A DNA stretch of 64,000 bases from the human T2T-CHM13v2.0 reference genome, Homo sapiens (GCF_009914755.1 NC_060934.1); one strand, 5' to 3'. Shown: positions 16,399-31,666, counted from the first letter of the stretch. The notes: generated by a model from the sequence alone, not told the origin. Made by a program: numbers and translations.

Positions 16399-17173
16399 CC
16401 ATAAATGGGTTAAGGATTGTTCAGGCATTGGGCACTAGGATAGGCAGTGGCTCAGATTCCAGAAAGACTTATCAGCAATGATGTGCTTGCGTTAGTTTCC
16501 ATCAGTGAGGGCAGGATTGAGGTCATAGTCACTGCCAGTGTCATTAGCAAATTTCTGAGTCAGAGCCACCAGTGATGGATGGTATCATGTGGCTATGAGC
16601 CATGATAACAGATTATTTGCATATGTTTGTTTGGCTTCTTCCTGCCCTATTTACTTGTTTAGGGACTTCTGGCATTCCATTCCCTGTGACTCACTTTCTA
16701 TACTGCCCAACAAAGCATTTCTTTGCCAATCGTGGCAAGAAGCCAGTTTTTTTTTTTTTTAAAGCAACGCTTAGCGAGCAGAGTTTTATTTAACTCCTTC
16801 CTCTGCTGGTGACAGCGAAGTACTTATCTTCTTTTAAAGAAAGTTAAAATGAAAAGGAGAGTAGCCCAGCAAAACAGTGGTAGAATTTGAGAGAGGACTG
16901 TGGGATTCCAAAACTAGTTCACTACTCTACTCATAGGTGATACCTATGTTTTTAGATGCTCTTTAACTGTGGATAGAGATAGACTATCCTCCATCCTCTA
17001 CGCAGTATCAAAAAAACTTTTGCTCTGTTTATGCAGGGAAAACAGCACTCACACTTCTTGAATGTGAAGGGAGGTCGATGATCAAATTAGAATCTTACTC
17101 CTATCACTGCTCCCACCCCAGCAGCAGCTGCTCTGGCAGGCTTTCAAGGCTGCAGCAGCCCTGGCCCCAGCTG
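16399..17173. promoter_or_regulatory. Candidate intronic muscle enhancer
   Basis: CArG 16399-16408, MCAT CATTCC x2 from 16673, CAGCTG E-boxes at 17125 and 17168, in apparently repeat-free sequence; motif match only. Confidence 0.4.
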
Positions 17174-17721
17174 CTTCAGCAGTAATTTGAAGAGTGCAAG
17201 GGGGCAGGGGAAGCGAGAATTTGAAAAAGAGCACTTCATTATATAACAGCAAAGGCAGGAAACCCTGAAATAACTGGGCCGGTAGTGGGATCCAGATTTC
17301 TGGAGTTCATGGGCCCCTCTCCCCATTCAATCAATTCTGGAGACTTTTCTTACTCAATGATTGCATGGGGCACTTGTGACAGTCAAGGGGCAAAAGAGCT
17401 TTCAATCAGACAGTTCTTTATCAGTAAAAACCACTTTGATCCAACTCCATCCTAAAGCACTGTGCACTTGCAGCATCTTCCAAGGTGCAAAATTATCAAC
17501 TGGATTGAAAAACAAATAAAATGGCAAAACGAACCTTGTAGCTGACATCTTTTAACCAATAAGGCAGATGCTGTTTCTCAAGGATGTCCCAGCATTATGT
17601 TTGTGGTTATAGATCTACTAAGCAAGAACTATATCCTTTCAACTCACGTTTATAGCAGTGGGCATGGTGCTGGGCACAAAGCAGGCACACATTTATTCTG
17701 TGGCAAATAACTTCCATTTCA

Positions 17722-18054
<333 letters not shown>

Positions 18055-20375
18055 TCAGCTAAGAAGAAATTATTATTTTCATTACTTTGTGACTTCAGAG
18101 TATCTTTAGGAGGAATAGAGAAAAAAAGTAAAATGTCAAATGGCCATGGAAGAAGACAAGCTTCCCAAGTCTCTATGTTGTCAAGTCACCCTACAAAGAA
18201 TGTCCTCCCAGATGACCAGTTTAGTGATGCCACACAAGATAGATTTGCACTTTGAATACTGCATACCTGAGGAGGTTGTAGATCTTTGGTTATAGTGACT
18301 TTAGCCCAGACTCATAATTCCTAGAAAAGACTAACTTAATCTTTGCTAGTTGGAGACTGTTTGGTCTGTCTCATTTGTTGTCAGTGAAGCTGAAATGATC
18401 AAGTCTGTACACCCCATGCCATTAGTAACCAACAGCCTAAGACCTACTGTTGTGATGAACGTGATGACAGCTACACTATGTTCTAATAGGGTAACTGGTT
18501 TGGATCCTGATCTGTGGCAATGTGAGCCAGCTCTTTCTCACGAAACTTTGTAGAAAAGCAGCTTTCAGCAATAACAACCATCCTCATCCTTATAACTATG
18601 ACTCTTAACAGTTTTCTAAGTGGCTTGTGAGATGACCCTTGGCACCTCCTTTACTGAGTATTGATGATGTGCCACACTGGAATGAGCTTCCATCACAGAC
18701 ATTAGGAGGCCCATTCCATACACTGTAGTATCTCACATAACTAGGCTGGGCTCTTGAATAGAACACAAGTCTTGCCCTTTGATGTTAAATGAATAACAAC
18801 CAACTGATGGTTTAAATTGTGAGCAACATATTTTCTCAAGGAGATCCTTTTGCAAGCAGGGCTTTTGTGTAATCTCTGCAGATTGGGAACTGGCTCATAT
18901 ATCTGAGCTCAACTTTAGGCCATGTCAGAGCATATTAGATTGACCTCATTCTACTGTGAATGTACTGTTTCATTTACTCAACCCCTTCTGCCACCACCAC
19001 CTTTTTTGATGTTTGGTTTGGCTTTCTAATTGGTTTGCCTCAAGAAGGAATGAAAACTTTATTATGTATAAGCTCCAGGAGGGTGTCTAAGTGCCATTAA
19101 AGTTTTCAATGGTCCCCAAAGCTGCCATTTGAGCACACAATTTGCTCAGAGGTCAGGGTGGAGGACATACTCACCAGTTTGCCGGGAGCACCCAAAATTC
19201 ACTGATGCTTCCTGTTTTCCATTCTTGTCGTTAGTAGATGTTTCGGGAAGACAAATAATAACAAGATTTTTCTGTCAAATAGTTCTTTATTAATTCAGAA
19301 ACCACTCGGTGCTAATCCCATCCTGAATTACTTCAGCAAACAAATTTGGGACCTCAGAAAGAATAAAACACTAGCATTGAACTACAGCGCCTCCTGGCTG
19401 TCACAATATCAATGCATAACATCCCTGAGGTGAAAGTCTCTTACACAGCTAATGCTATGTGGTTTTCCCCAGCCCCATATTCTCCTTAGGTAAATGCTAT
19501 TAAGTACGATAGGACCAAGTACAGAATATCATAAGTTGTTCAGACAAGAACTGTAAAAAATAACGAAATATTCGTAACAGCGAATGACAAAAGAGAAAAA
19601 ACGATTGGCTTTCCCCTTCTCTGAAGCAAGAGCCAGTATTTCCTAAATGCAGGTCCAAAAATTGTAATAATAGAAATCCATGCAGCATTTGTTGCTTACA
19701 GAGTTTGTGGAGGAAGTTTAATTGTAACCTTTTTTATGCTTACAGTCTTTGGGCCAAATGAAAAACAAAAATATGCCAATACATGTGCCGAAAAAGCATT
19801 TCATAATCACATGAAGTGCCAACTACAGAAAAGAATGTATTGTTTTCAGCTCACAAACCATGATGAATAAGAAACTAGCTGTGAAAAAATGTGCATTTTA
19901 TTATCTTCTAGAGTCTAATACAGAATACACTGATATCTTACAATTCAAAGTGGTCTTTCTAAACCTTTCATTGTGGGAGTGTGGAAAAGCATTTAATGAT
20001 TCCTTCGCAAATTTACAACGTATTTTACAATGACATTGACTGTATGTGTGACTAAGATTTTATAAAGATTGTGATTGCTTTTATTCCTCAACAGATTAGT
20101 GAGCCTATCCTGTAAAGACCACATAAGAAAAACAAAACAGCACAATGAAAATCAATTTCCAGGACTGCAGAATGTAAACAAGGCAAAGCTAGGAAGACAG
20201 AACCAGTTACTTGGGCCATAGAACCCTTCCACATTATGAGCAGCCACATTCTTTTGTGGACTAATACATCACTCCTATGTTGAACACATCTAGTAGATAC
20301 TCACTGCAAATTTAAATATTATTATTATTTCTGGAAATCAAACACCACTTGGGCACTTAAGAACAGAGGTACTGA

Positions 20376-20742
20376 GGCCGGGTGCGGTAGCTCAAGCCTG
20401 TAATCCCAGCACTTTGGGAGGCCGAGGTGGGTGGATCACTTGAGCCCAGAAGTTTGACATCAGATTGGGCAACATGGCAAAACCCTGTCTCTACAAAAAA
20501 AAAAAAAAAAAAAAAATTAGCCGGGCGTGGTGACCTGTGCCTTTAGTCCCAGCTATTCAGGAAGCTGAGGTGAGAGGATCGCTTGAGCCTGGGAGGTTGA
20601 AGCTGCAGTGAGCCATGATCACAACACTGCACACCAGCCTGGGAAAGAGAGTGAGAACCTGTCTCAGAAAAAAACAAACAAACAAAAAAAAACACCCCCG
20701 ACCAATAAAAAAAAAACCCAAACCAAAACAACAACAAAAAAA
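20376..20742 (+). mobile_element. AluJ with expanded middle A-tract and long A/C-rich tail
   Basis: Alu body; about A22 linker. Confidence 0.9.
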
Positions 20743-20902
20743 CCACCCCAAAGACACTATATTAAAAGTAGCTATATTACTCAAAATGTCTTGCCTAATA
20801 TTTAATAAATTTACTTAGCATTGGTAGAGAGAGAAAGGAAAACAATAGCGAGGGAAAAGCTTTATATAGGCTCAGATGATTCTGTCTTCAAACCTACTTT
20901 TA

Positions 20903-21142
20903 GGATGTGAGGGTGATCTGGCTGTGACATCTGTCACCCCATTGATGGCCAGAATTAATTCAGCTGATCAGGCTGGCTATGCGGGTGCCCTTTTTCTCCC
21001 TCATTGTTTCCATGTGCGTCCCTCCTGAAGCTGTGCGCTCAGTGGAAGAAGATGACCATCCCTGATAGAGGAGGACCAATCTTAGGTCAAGGGCATAGGA
21101 GTAGCCACGCTCGCCTGCTAGAGCCTCCAAACAAGCTCTCAA
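20903..21142 (+). pseudogene. RN7SKP202: 7SK snRNA retropseudogene, 3'-truncated (about nt 1-240), tailless
   Basis: GGATGTGAGGGtGATCTGGCTGtGACATCTGTCACCCCATTGAT...CCTCCAAACAAGCTCTCAA is colinear with 7SK; flanked by caaa(c/a)ctactttt repeats. The 7SK identity is secure; the pseudogene number is from memory. Confidence 0.93.
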
Positions 21143-21309
21143 AACTACTTTTGAATGCACATCCACAGAACTGAAGCTGCTAGAGATGTAGATGCTTTGG
21201 AGAAAAATCCAAATATGGAGACGGCATCTTTTTCTAAAATTCAACACCGAAACTAGATTACAAAAATGTGTACTTTTTTGTTCTAACTACATTCTTCTTA
21301 TCATTATAG

Positions 21310-21451
21310 ATGCTACAAAATTTGTCAGCTTCTGAGGGTCAGCTGGTTGTCTTTGAATGCAGAGTAAAAGGAGCTCCATCTCCTAAGGTTGAGTGGTATA
21401 GAGAAGGGACTTTAATAGAAGATTCTCCAGATTTTAGGATTTTACAGAAAA
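21310..21451 (+). CDS. MYPN: MYPN exon 7 (Ig2)
   Basis: cattatag|ATG CTA...CAG AAA A|gtaagt; MLQNLSASEGQLVVFECRVKGAPSPKVEWYREGTLIEDSPDFRILQK. Confidence 0.97.
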
Positions 21452-21692
21452 GTAAGTTAATACTTTAAATTATTTTCTGATATTTTGTTTTTATGAACTT
21501 ATTGTACACACTTATTTTTATAACTTTTTAACAACTAATTAAAAATATAGTCAAAAAGAATAAAAAACACCTGTAATCATACTCCTGTTAATATTTCAGT
21601 ATATGTTCTCCAAGAATTTTTCCATGCATAGTTTTTAAAGAAAAGCATCATATTCTTTTTTGTAAATTAATTATTTACTCAACATTTAATGA

Positions 21693-21898
<206 letters not shown>

Positions 21899-21982
21899 TG
21901 AGAATTGCTGCTATAAATTTACCTTTTTTAAGGCTTTTAAAATATGTTGCCAAAATGCCACCCCAAAGGGTTGAACTAAATT

Positions 21983-22116
21983 TAGGATGGTCACACAATT
22001 AATCAGCCAAAATGAGATCCTTTAGGGGAGTGAAAGAGGATGCTATTAATAATTATACAGGGATCCCAGGCATAAACTAGGTCTGCCCCAGTTGAACTGG
22101 GACACACGTCGCCCTA
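21983..22116. mobile_element. MER81 (hAT-Blackjack MITE)
   Basis: taggatggtcac...gagtgaaagaggatgctattaataatta...gtcgcccta. Confidence 0.7.
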
Positions 22117-22949
22117 GCTATATCCTACTACAACCAACAATACGTGGGAATGCCTTTCATCTCACACCTTCACCAACAATGAGTGTTAACCATTTTATTA
22201 AAAATCTTCACTAATTTTATAGGCCAAAAAATGGGAACACTTGTTTTAATCTGCGCTTCACTAATTAAATCTGGGATGAAACTTTTCTTTTTCATATTTA
22301 CTTAAGTCTTTGTATTTCTTTATTTCACATTGGGTTCTTGCTCTTTTTTATTGTAAGAATTATTTAGAAATTTACATGGTTAATTCTTCTTTTCTTATCG
22401 CACAATGCTTTCACCTTGTCATGCAGTGCTTTCTCCTTGACCCATTTCAGCCATAAACTACATTGCAACATACTTGCTTTTTAAAAATATGTTTTATTAA
22501 CTATGTAGAGCAATCATATGATAGAAAAACTTGGGAAAGAAATTTGCTAAAATGTTGGCAGTCTTTCTCTGGGCAGTGAGTCTAGGGTCAATTGTTTTAC
22601 TTCCTTTTGCATTTCTGTATTTTTTTAGTTTTTCCATAATGAACATATATAACTTTTATTTTTTATTTTTTACATTGATTGATAAAAATTTTACAAGTTA
22701 CCATGTACAACATGATGTTTTGAAATATATATACATTGTGGAATGGCTAAATTGAGCTAATGAACATACGTATTACCTCACACACATCATTTTTTGTGGT
22801 GAGTTATTTGCTTTTTTCTTAATCTTTTTCTGCCTATCACAAAATAGCAGTCTGTAGATCAGTGTGACATATGAATCAGAGCTACTCTCAGGTTTTATTG
22901 GTAGTAGCAGCAACAATAATATATTCTGAATGCCATTTAAACTGAGAGA

Positions 22950-23279
22950 TGCCGGGCACAGTGGCTCACACCTGTAATCCCAGGACTTTGGGAGGCCAGG
23001 CCAAGGCAGACGGATCACTTGAGGTCGGTAGTTTGAGACCAGCCTGGCCAACATGGTGAAACCCTGTTTCCACCAAAAACAACAAAAACAAAAAAAACCA
23101 AAAACTCAGCCGGGTGTGGTGGCACGCATCTGTAGTCCCAGCTACTCTGAAGGTTGAGGCAGGAGAATCACTTGAACCCAGGAGGCTGAGTTGCAGTGAG
23201 CTGAGATCACGCCACTGCATTCCAGCCTGAGCAACAGAGTGAGACCTTATCTCAAAAAAAAAAAAAAAAAAAAAAAAAA
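22950..23279 (+). mobile_element. Alu
   Basis: Full body and poly(A). Confidence 0.92.
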
Positions 23280-23415
23280 CAGAGAGAGAGAAAAAAAAAC
23301 TTCAATGGGTCTACCAGTGTAGAAGATTAAAACTAAGTTCAACAACTACTTTTTGAGTGTTGGCAATTCAATATCAATCAAACACCTGTATTCAGTACCA
23401 CCGTGGGCACTTTCA

Positions 23416-23775
<360 letters not shown>

Positions 23776-24036
23776 CTATCTTGAGGCTCTTAATCTTAGA
23801 AACCTCAGAGCAGGAGGTATAGTGTATATTTTATTAGGATATCAGAGCCCAAAGCCAAGAACAATCTCTCAATCTTCACAAACCTTTTTCAGGTAAGGCT
23901 GAATGAGTGCCAGTAAAAGCAAGAGTCATTTCTGAAATATAACTAACTCACAAACCTCCTTGGCTAAGGTTTATGTATCCCAAGTGAAACCCAGATTTAT
24001 TTCAAGAGGAAGCAGTATCATTTAATTGTTGCTCTT

Positions 24037-24356
<320 letters not shown>

Positions 24357-24552
24357 TTTTTGCTCTTTTGCTGCCTTTCTGTAATATCCATCCTGTCCCT
24401 GTTGAGATCATCTTACTTAATATTGTCACATAATCTTATTGTATCACTCCTGAGTGTGCAAGAGACTGTGAAATTCTATAGGAAGCTTCTGATGAACATG
24501 TAGTTTCTCAGTAAAATAAATGCTCAGAATCTTTTACTTTCTTTTCTTTTAG

Positions 24553-24576
24553 AACCTCGATCCATGGCAGAGCCAG
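24553..24576 (+). CDS. MYPN: MYPN exon 8 (24-nt microexon in Ig2)
   Basis: long pyrimidine tract ttttactttcttttcttttag|AA CCT CGA TCC ATG GCA GAG CCA G|gtaaag; KPRSMAEP; phase 1-1. Confidence 0.92.
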
Positions 24577-24679
24577 GTAAAGATGATTTCAACTTTAATT
24601 TATTAGTATATGAGTGATTTTATATATACAAGAATACATAATGAAGTTACACTGAGATGAATAAAAAGTGAAAAATAAA
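24577..24679 (+). terminator. Intron-8 read-through extension (GKDDFNFNLLVYE*) with tandem AATAAA poly(A) signals
   Basis: In-frame TGA at 24615-24617; AATAAA at 24660-24665 and 24674-24679. Confidence 0.65.
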
Positions 24680-24703
24680 GTTTTAGGAAAAAAAGATCCA
24701 AAT

Positions 24704-25083
<380 letters not shown>

Positions 25084-25150
25084 TTAATACCTCACATGAA
25101 TGCAGCTGGTTCTTGGTTATTGAGAAGTGTTTCTTAGGAATATTTTTCCT

Positions 25151-25170
25151 CCATAAATGGCCGCCATTTG
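25151..25170. promoter_or_regulatory. Candidate CArG box with abutting YY1-like motif
   Basis: CCATAAATGG directly followed by CCGCCATTTG; motif match only. Confidence 0.4.
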
Positions 25171-25328
25171 AGCCCTCTCAAAACTAGGCAAAGCAATTTT
25201 TATAATGCTAGGTCAATTTCATTTCCATAGCCTAGGTATCTCAAAACTTATGCATCATCAGATTTTGAAGCTTGCAGAGATTCAATAAAATATCTGTGAT
25301 GTTATTAGATTTGGTTGGGAGGATACTA

Positions 25329-25640
<312 letters not shown>

Positions 25641-25846
25641 ATAGGGTTTTTAAGGGTTTTGGAGTGGGTTGAAGAGCGGAGATCACTGGTTGGTTAAAAA
25701 GTGTGGGGTGAAGTCATGGGACAGGGAGATGAAGAAGCCGGGTTCTCATGCTGATCTCGATCCTCTGTGGGGGTCTTCAAACTAGTTGCTGGAATTCATG
25801 GCCTGAAAAAAATGTCTTAAGAGATCCTTAAACAAAAGCCTTATGA

Positions 25847-26128
25847 GGCTGGGCACAGTGGCTCACACCTGTGATCCCAACACTTTGGTGGGAGGATTGC
25901 TTGAGCACATGAGTTAAAGACCAGCCTAGGCAATATAGTGAGCCTCCCACCTCTACAAAAACTCAAAAATTAGCCAGGCATAGTGGTGCATGTCTGTGGT
26001 CCCAGCTACTCGGGAGGCTCAGGTGGGAGGATCACTCAAGCCTTGGAGGTGGAGGTTGCAGTGAGCCAAGATTATGCCTCTACACTCCAGCCTGGGCAAC
26101 AGAGCAAGACCTTGTCTCAAAAAAAATA
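25847..26128 (+). mobile_element. AluJ
   Basis: TSD aagccttatga. Confidence 0.9.
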
Positions 26129-26168
26129 GAAGCCTTATGATTCTAATGTTAGAAATCCTGTCTATAGC

Positions 26169-26532
<364 letters not shown>

Positions 26533-26924
26533 TTATGATCCTAATGTCAGAAATCCTATCTATAGGAACAAGGGGATGCAAATGGTCAGGATCTAGTGCT
26601 ACGTGACTTTTAGTGACAAAGGAAGTGGGTCAAAGTGCAGCCTGATTAATGCTTAACTATATTTCTGTCCAGAACCTAGTATGCAATTCTTGTCAACCCT
26701 GTGGTTATGGTTTCAATATCACACTGACTGGAATTGTGTGTCTCAACTACCACTTAACAAGAATAGAGTTAGCTTGACTGGCTTAGACCAGTCATGATTT
26801 ACCATCTGAGGCTGAGAGGAACCAGCTTTCTTCAGAACATATGACCAATCCAAGTAGAGTAGACAAAGCCAGGGTTCTATCAACAAGGAGGTAGGAGGAT
26901 GAAGAGTTACTGAGTAGGTACTTG

Positions 26925-27302
26925 CTTGGTCCACTGTGTGCTGCTGTGACCGAATACCTGAAACTGGGTGATTTTTAATAAAGAACAGGGATTTATTTCT
27001 TACAGTTCTGGAGGCTGGAAAGCCCAAGATCAAGGGGCCTGCATCTGGTGAGGGCCTTCATGCTGTGCCATTCCATGGCAGAAGGCAGAAGGGCAAGAGA
27101 GCAAATGCGCAAGAGAAGGGAGGGAGAGAGGGGGCCACTCTTACTTTCATGACGAACCCACTCCCAAGATAACAACATGTATCCATTTATTAGGGCAGAG
27201 GCATCATGACCTAAACACCTCCCTTTAGGCTCCACATCCCAGCACTGAAGCATTGGGGATTGTTTCCAGCACATGAGCATTGGGGGACATGTTCAAATAG
27301 CA
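26925..27302 (-). mobile_element. MaLR LTR (MSTC/MSTD-like)
   Basis: atttatttcttacagttctggaggctggaaagcccaagatcaagggg...catgagcattgggggac. Confidence 0.8.
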
Positions 27303-27978
27303 ATACTCAATACTACCTGCCATGCCCCACTGGCCAGATTTCCTAGAAACAGTCTAGTTAATTCAATTCAATTATCATGAAGCACTGAGATGCCTGCCAA
27401 GTTTCTCCTAATGCAACTATTTTTTAATAATTTTGTTTTTAATGTCAGTTCAATGGAGTGATAACTGGAGGTTTATGCTGCTGTCTTATACCTCCTCTTT
27501 ATTAGCTGTCAAGGAATATCTAACTTTAATAATTTTGGACTGTAATCATGTGGTTCTACCTGGGAATCACCTCTGTAGTTATTCACAGAGAATCATCGTT
27601 CACAGTGTATCAGAGTAATCCATAAGAATTACCACAGTAATACAAAAGTAGAAATGCATTTCACTCTTCTTTCACACAGAATTTCAAGTTACTCTATCAG
27701 CTCATTACTACTAGTAAAGCAAAATATTTATTTGTTGTCCAATTTTAAATTGTGGTCCTTGTTTAAAATAATTTCAATGCAAAAGTTCCCCAAGGAAATA
27801 GTGAGAGATCTAGGCTTAGAAAATGTTTTATTAGTCCTTTAATTTCACAGAAACTTCCTTTTCCTTTGACTCCTAATTTGTTTTTGTGATTTTTTAAGTT
27901 TATTGTTATACATTTCTATTTTTGCCATCTGTACTGATGACATAAAAATAGAAGATTATCTGAGAATCCTTATTTTTA

Positions 27979-28346
<368 letters not shown>

Positions 28347-28525
28347 TCATTTTGCCTACTAATCAGTCAATTCAATCAAACAATTGTTTTGACCAATTGT
28401 TTTCAAAGAATTAATATAGCCAGCTTTTTATATTGACTTTGTAGAATCATCATCTGATACCAGTAAATTCTATAATTCTGTTTTCATAATGAAGTCAGTA
28501 ACCATTCTGTTTCACTGGCATATAG

Positions 28526-28642
28526 AGGAGATTTGCACCTTGGTCATTGCTGAGGTGTTTGCAGAAGATTCTGGGTGCTTCACATGTACTGCAAGCAACA
28601 AATACGGCACAGTGTCAAGCATTGCACAGCTGCACGTGAGAG
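28526..28642 (+). CDS. MYPN: MYPN exon 9 (end of Ig2)
   Basis: catatag|AG GAG ATT...GTG AGA G|gtaagg; EICTLVIAEVFAEDSGCFTCTASNKYGTVSSIAQLHVR. Confidence 0.96.
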
Positions 28643-29117
28643 GTAAGGACTCTTTAATGCTAGAACAGTTTAGCCTATGACTTTGAGTGTGAATATGCAG
28701 ATTTTGTGTTTCCATTCCTTCCTGTTTTTCATACAAAGCTGGCTTGGCTCTTCTAAAAAGATTTGAATTATTGAGGAAAATGTTCTTGAACAGTGTCCAA
28801 TTTTCAACTTCTTATTGCGCTTACAGCCACCACCCCAGTTAACCTGCTGTCATCACTATATTTCCTGAGAACATCTCCTCAATAAATTTCTAAATTTCTT
28901 TCCAAAAGGGTACTTAGATTTTAAATTTAGTTTTTTATTTTTAATTTAATTTTTTCCTGTATCCTTACCATTCTTTAATGCCCAGATGATGATCTGTTTT
29001 TGACAAGCATTTTCCCATTCATACATTCCTCTGGTGTGAACACTTTCCCATTTGTGCACATGCCCCAATTCAGGCTTACAGTGGCTGACAGCTCAGGTCC
29101 TGTGATTGTCCTTTCAG

Positions 29118-29490
29118 GAAATGAGGACCTCAGCAACAACGGGTCTCTTCACTCAGCCAACTCTACCACCAACCTGGCAGCTATTGAGCCACAGCCCTCC
29201 CCACCCCACTCAGAGCCTCCATCTGTGGAACAACCCCCCAAACCCAAACTCGAGGGGGTTCTGGTGAACCACAATGAGCCCCGGTCCAGCTCCAGGATTG
29301 GGCTTCGTGTGCACTTCAACCTGCCTGAAGATGACAAAGGAAGTGAAGCATCCTCCGAGGCTGGTGTGGTGACCACCAGACAGACCAGGCCCGATTCTTT
29401 CCAGGAGAGGTTCAACGGACAGGCAACAAAAACCCCAGAGCCTTCTTCCCCCGTGAAAGAGCCCCCTCCAGTTCTGGCCAAACCCAAACT
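29118..29490 (+). CDS. MYPN: MYPN exon 10 (Pro-rich; ends in VKEPPPVLAKPK, recalled as the nebulin-SH3 ligand region)
   Basis: cctttcag|GA AAT GAG...CCC AAA CT|gtaagt; inside ORF 29000..29494. Confidence 0.96.
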
Positions 29491-29570
29491 GTAAGTAAAA
29501 AGTAGGATGAATAACCAGGAGCTTCTGTGATCTTTTCTTGAATCTGATCTCCTTAAAAGTAATGGAACTC

Positions 29571-29872
29571 AGCTAGGCACAGTTGCTCACACCTGTAATC
29601 CGAGCACTTTGGGAGGCTGAGGCAGGAGGATCGCTTGAGCCCAGGAATTCGAGACCAGCCGGGGAAAAATAGTGAGACCTCTGTCTCTAAAAGAAAAATT
29701 TTAAAGTAAAAAAATTAGCAGGCATGGTGGTGCACACCTATAGTCCTAGCTACGTGGGAGACAGAGGCAGGAGGATCACTTGAGCCTAGGAGTTTCAGGC
29801 TACAGTGAGCTGTGATCGTGCCACTGTACCCCAGCCTGGGTGACAGAGCAAGACTTGTCCAGGAAAAAAAAA
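29571..29872 (+). mobile_element. AluJ
   Basis: Alu body starting 80 nt after exon 10. Confidence 0.9.
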
Positions 29873-31666
29873 GATGGAACCAAAAAGGGGAATTCCCAAA
29901 TGAGAAAATACACATTAAATGTTTTGCCAAATGTACATCCTTACATCAATAGAAGCATGCTATCACTATTATCCTTAATTAATAATCTACCTCCAAGCAA
30001 TGTTGCACTTAAACTAATTCAGAAACATTTGTCTGACATTCTGACATCAGAGTCCCCAGGTAAAGTACTTCTGTGCTTCTCTCATAAAGACTTTTTTTGT
30101 GTCTAATCGTCTTTACAGTCTGTAATTTCATCCTTATATTTCCCATTTCTGCTTCAACTTAAGCTTCTGTAGTCATTATGGAAAAACTATTTAGTAATTT
30201 TTAGATAGTTCCTAGCTGCAGCTGGATGAATATAATAGGATGAATAAGTGGTCATGATTTTCTGACTCAACTCAGGAGCCTACTGTGGTTGTTGCCCTGA
30301 CTCTCTAGAAAGCCATGTTGCAATGTTTAAAATGTCCATCCATAACAAAGCAAATAAAGGGCATGATATTGCTATTATTTCCTGTTTCATCCACACATCA
30401 AAATGATAAAAAAATTGTTTCTAATTACAGAAACCTTTAAATATCAACATCAAAATCTACAGTCCCAGTGCACCCACTGTGTGTTGCTCATCACCATGAG
30501 ATGTTCACTAGAAGCCATTCGTGTTTAGTTTCATATTCTGCTCACCACTATATAAGGCAAAATTCTGGACATAAGATTCAATGTTGTGAAACATGCCTCT
30601 AAGCAAGTCACATCCAGAAATGTCAGTCCCCTCAAAGTCCTGTCAGTCACAGGAAACAGGAATCCACTTAAAGTAAAAAGAGGGGAAGAGGTTATTGCAG
30701 GGATATAGGCAGAAATGGGTAAACCAAACACAACCAAATCCTGCAGGAGAAGAACTAGAGAGGCGGGAACTGGGCCTTTTCACCTGTCACTCAGGATCAC
30801 AGGTCAGTCCAGCCTCTGTCTGATGGAGCTTGCGCGGCTGGTTCGCCCTCTGTCTACGTGAGCATCTCCTTGTTTCCTCTTTACTTATCTGATCCATTCT
30901 TCTCTCTTTGAAGACCCATCAGCTCATAAGTGGCCCATCATGGCCATGTCCCCATTCCACATCATGATCTGTGTCAAGTACCACTGTTAACTAAATCAGT
31001 CTCAGCCCCTCAACTCCCAATTCTATTTGGTTCAGGCTGATCAGGTGACCTCCTGCCCCCTCCCCAGTACACTCAACTGTTAGAGGATTTATGTTTGGAA
31101 GAAACTGGGTGGGAGAAGTTCTCAGAGAAGGGAGTTACAGGGAACAGGTAACCCCAAACAACCTCCTGGGGAATTGCCTCCTTTGTAGGACTGTCTCTTC
31201 CCCAGTAACAGTTTTAGGGGCCGTTACATATGATGATGGAAAAAAAATTCTGCCAAAATATTTAAAGAGGTTTATTCTAAGTCAATATGAGTGACTGCGG
31301 CCCAGGGAAATACAGTCTCCAGAGGTCCTGAGAAAGTGCACCCAAGGCAGTCAGGTTGCGGTTTGGTTTTATGCGTTTCAGGAAGACAAGAATTGCAGGT
31401 AAAATCATAAATCAATACAAGAAGACAAACATTGGTTTGGCCCAAAAAGGCAGAACATCTCAAAGCAGGGACTTACCAGTCATAGGTGGGGCTGGGGATT
31501 CTATGGCTGGCAATTGAAAGAGTTAAGTTTTGTCTGAAAACTTGGAGTCAGTAGAAAGGATTGTTCAAGTTAAAATAAGGGAATCCGCTGTTTGTCATGT
31601 GATGCCATGCCAGAGTCGGGATGAAAAGAAAACCACCATACACGGGGTCAAAAAGGCCTGTTTCAA

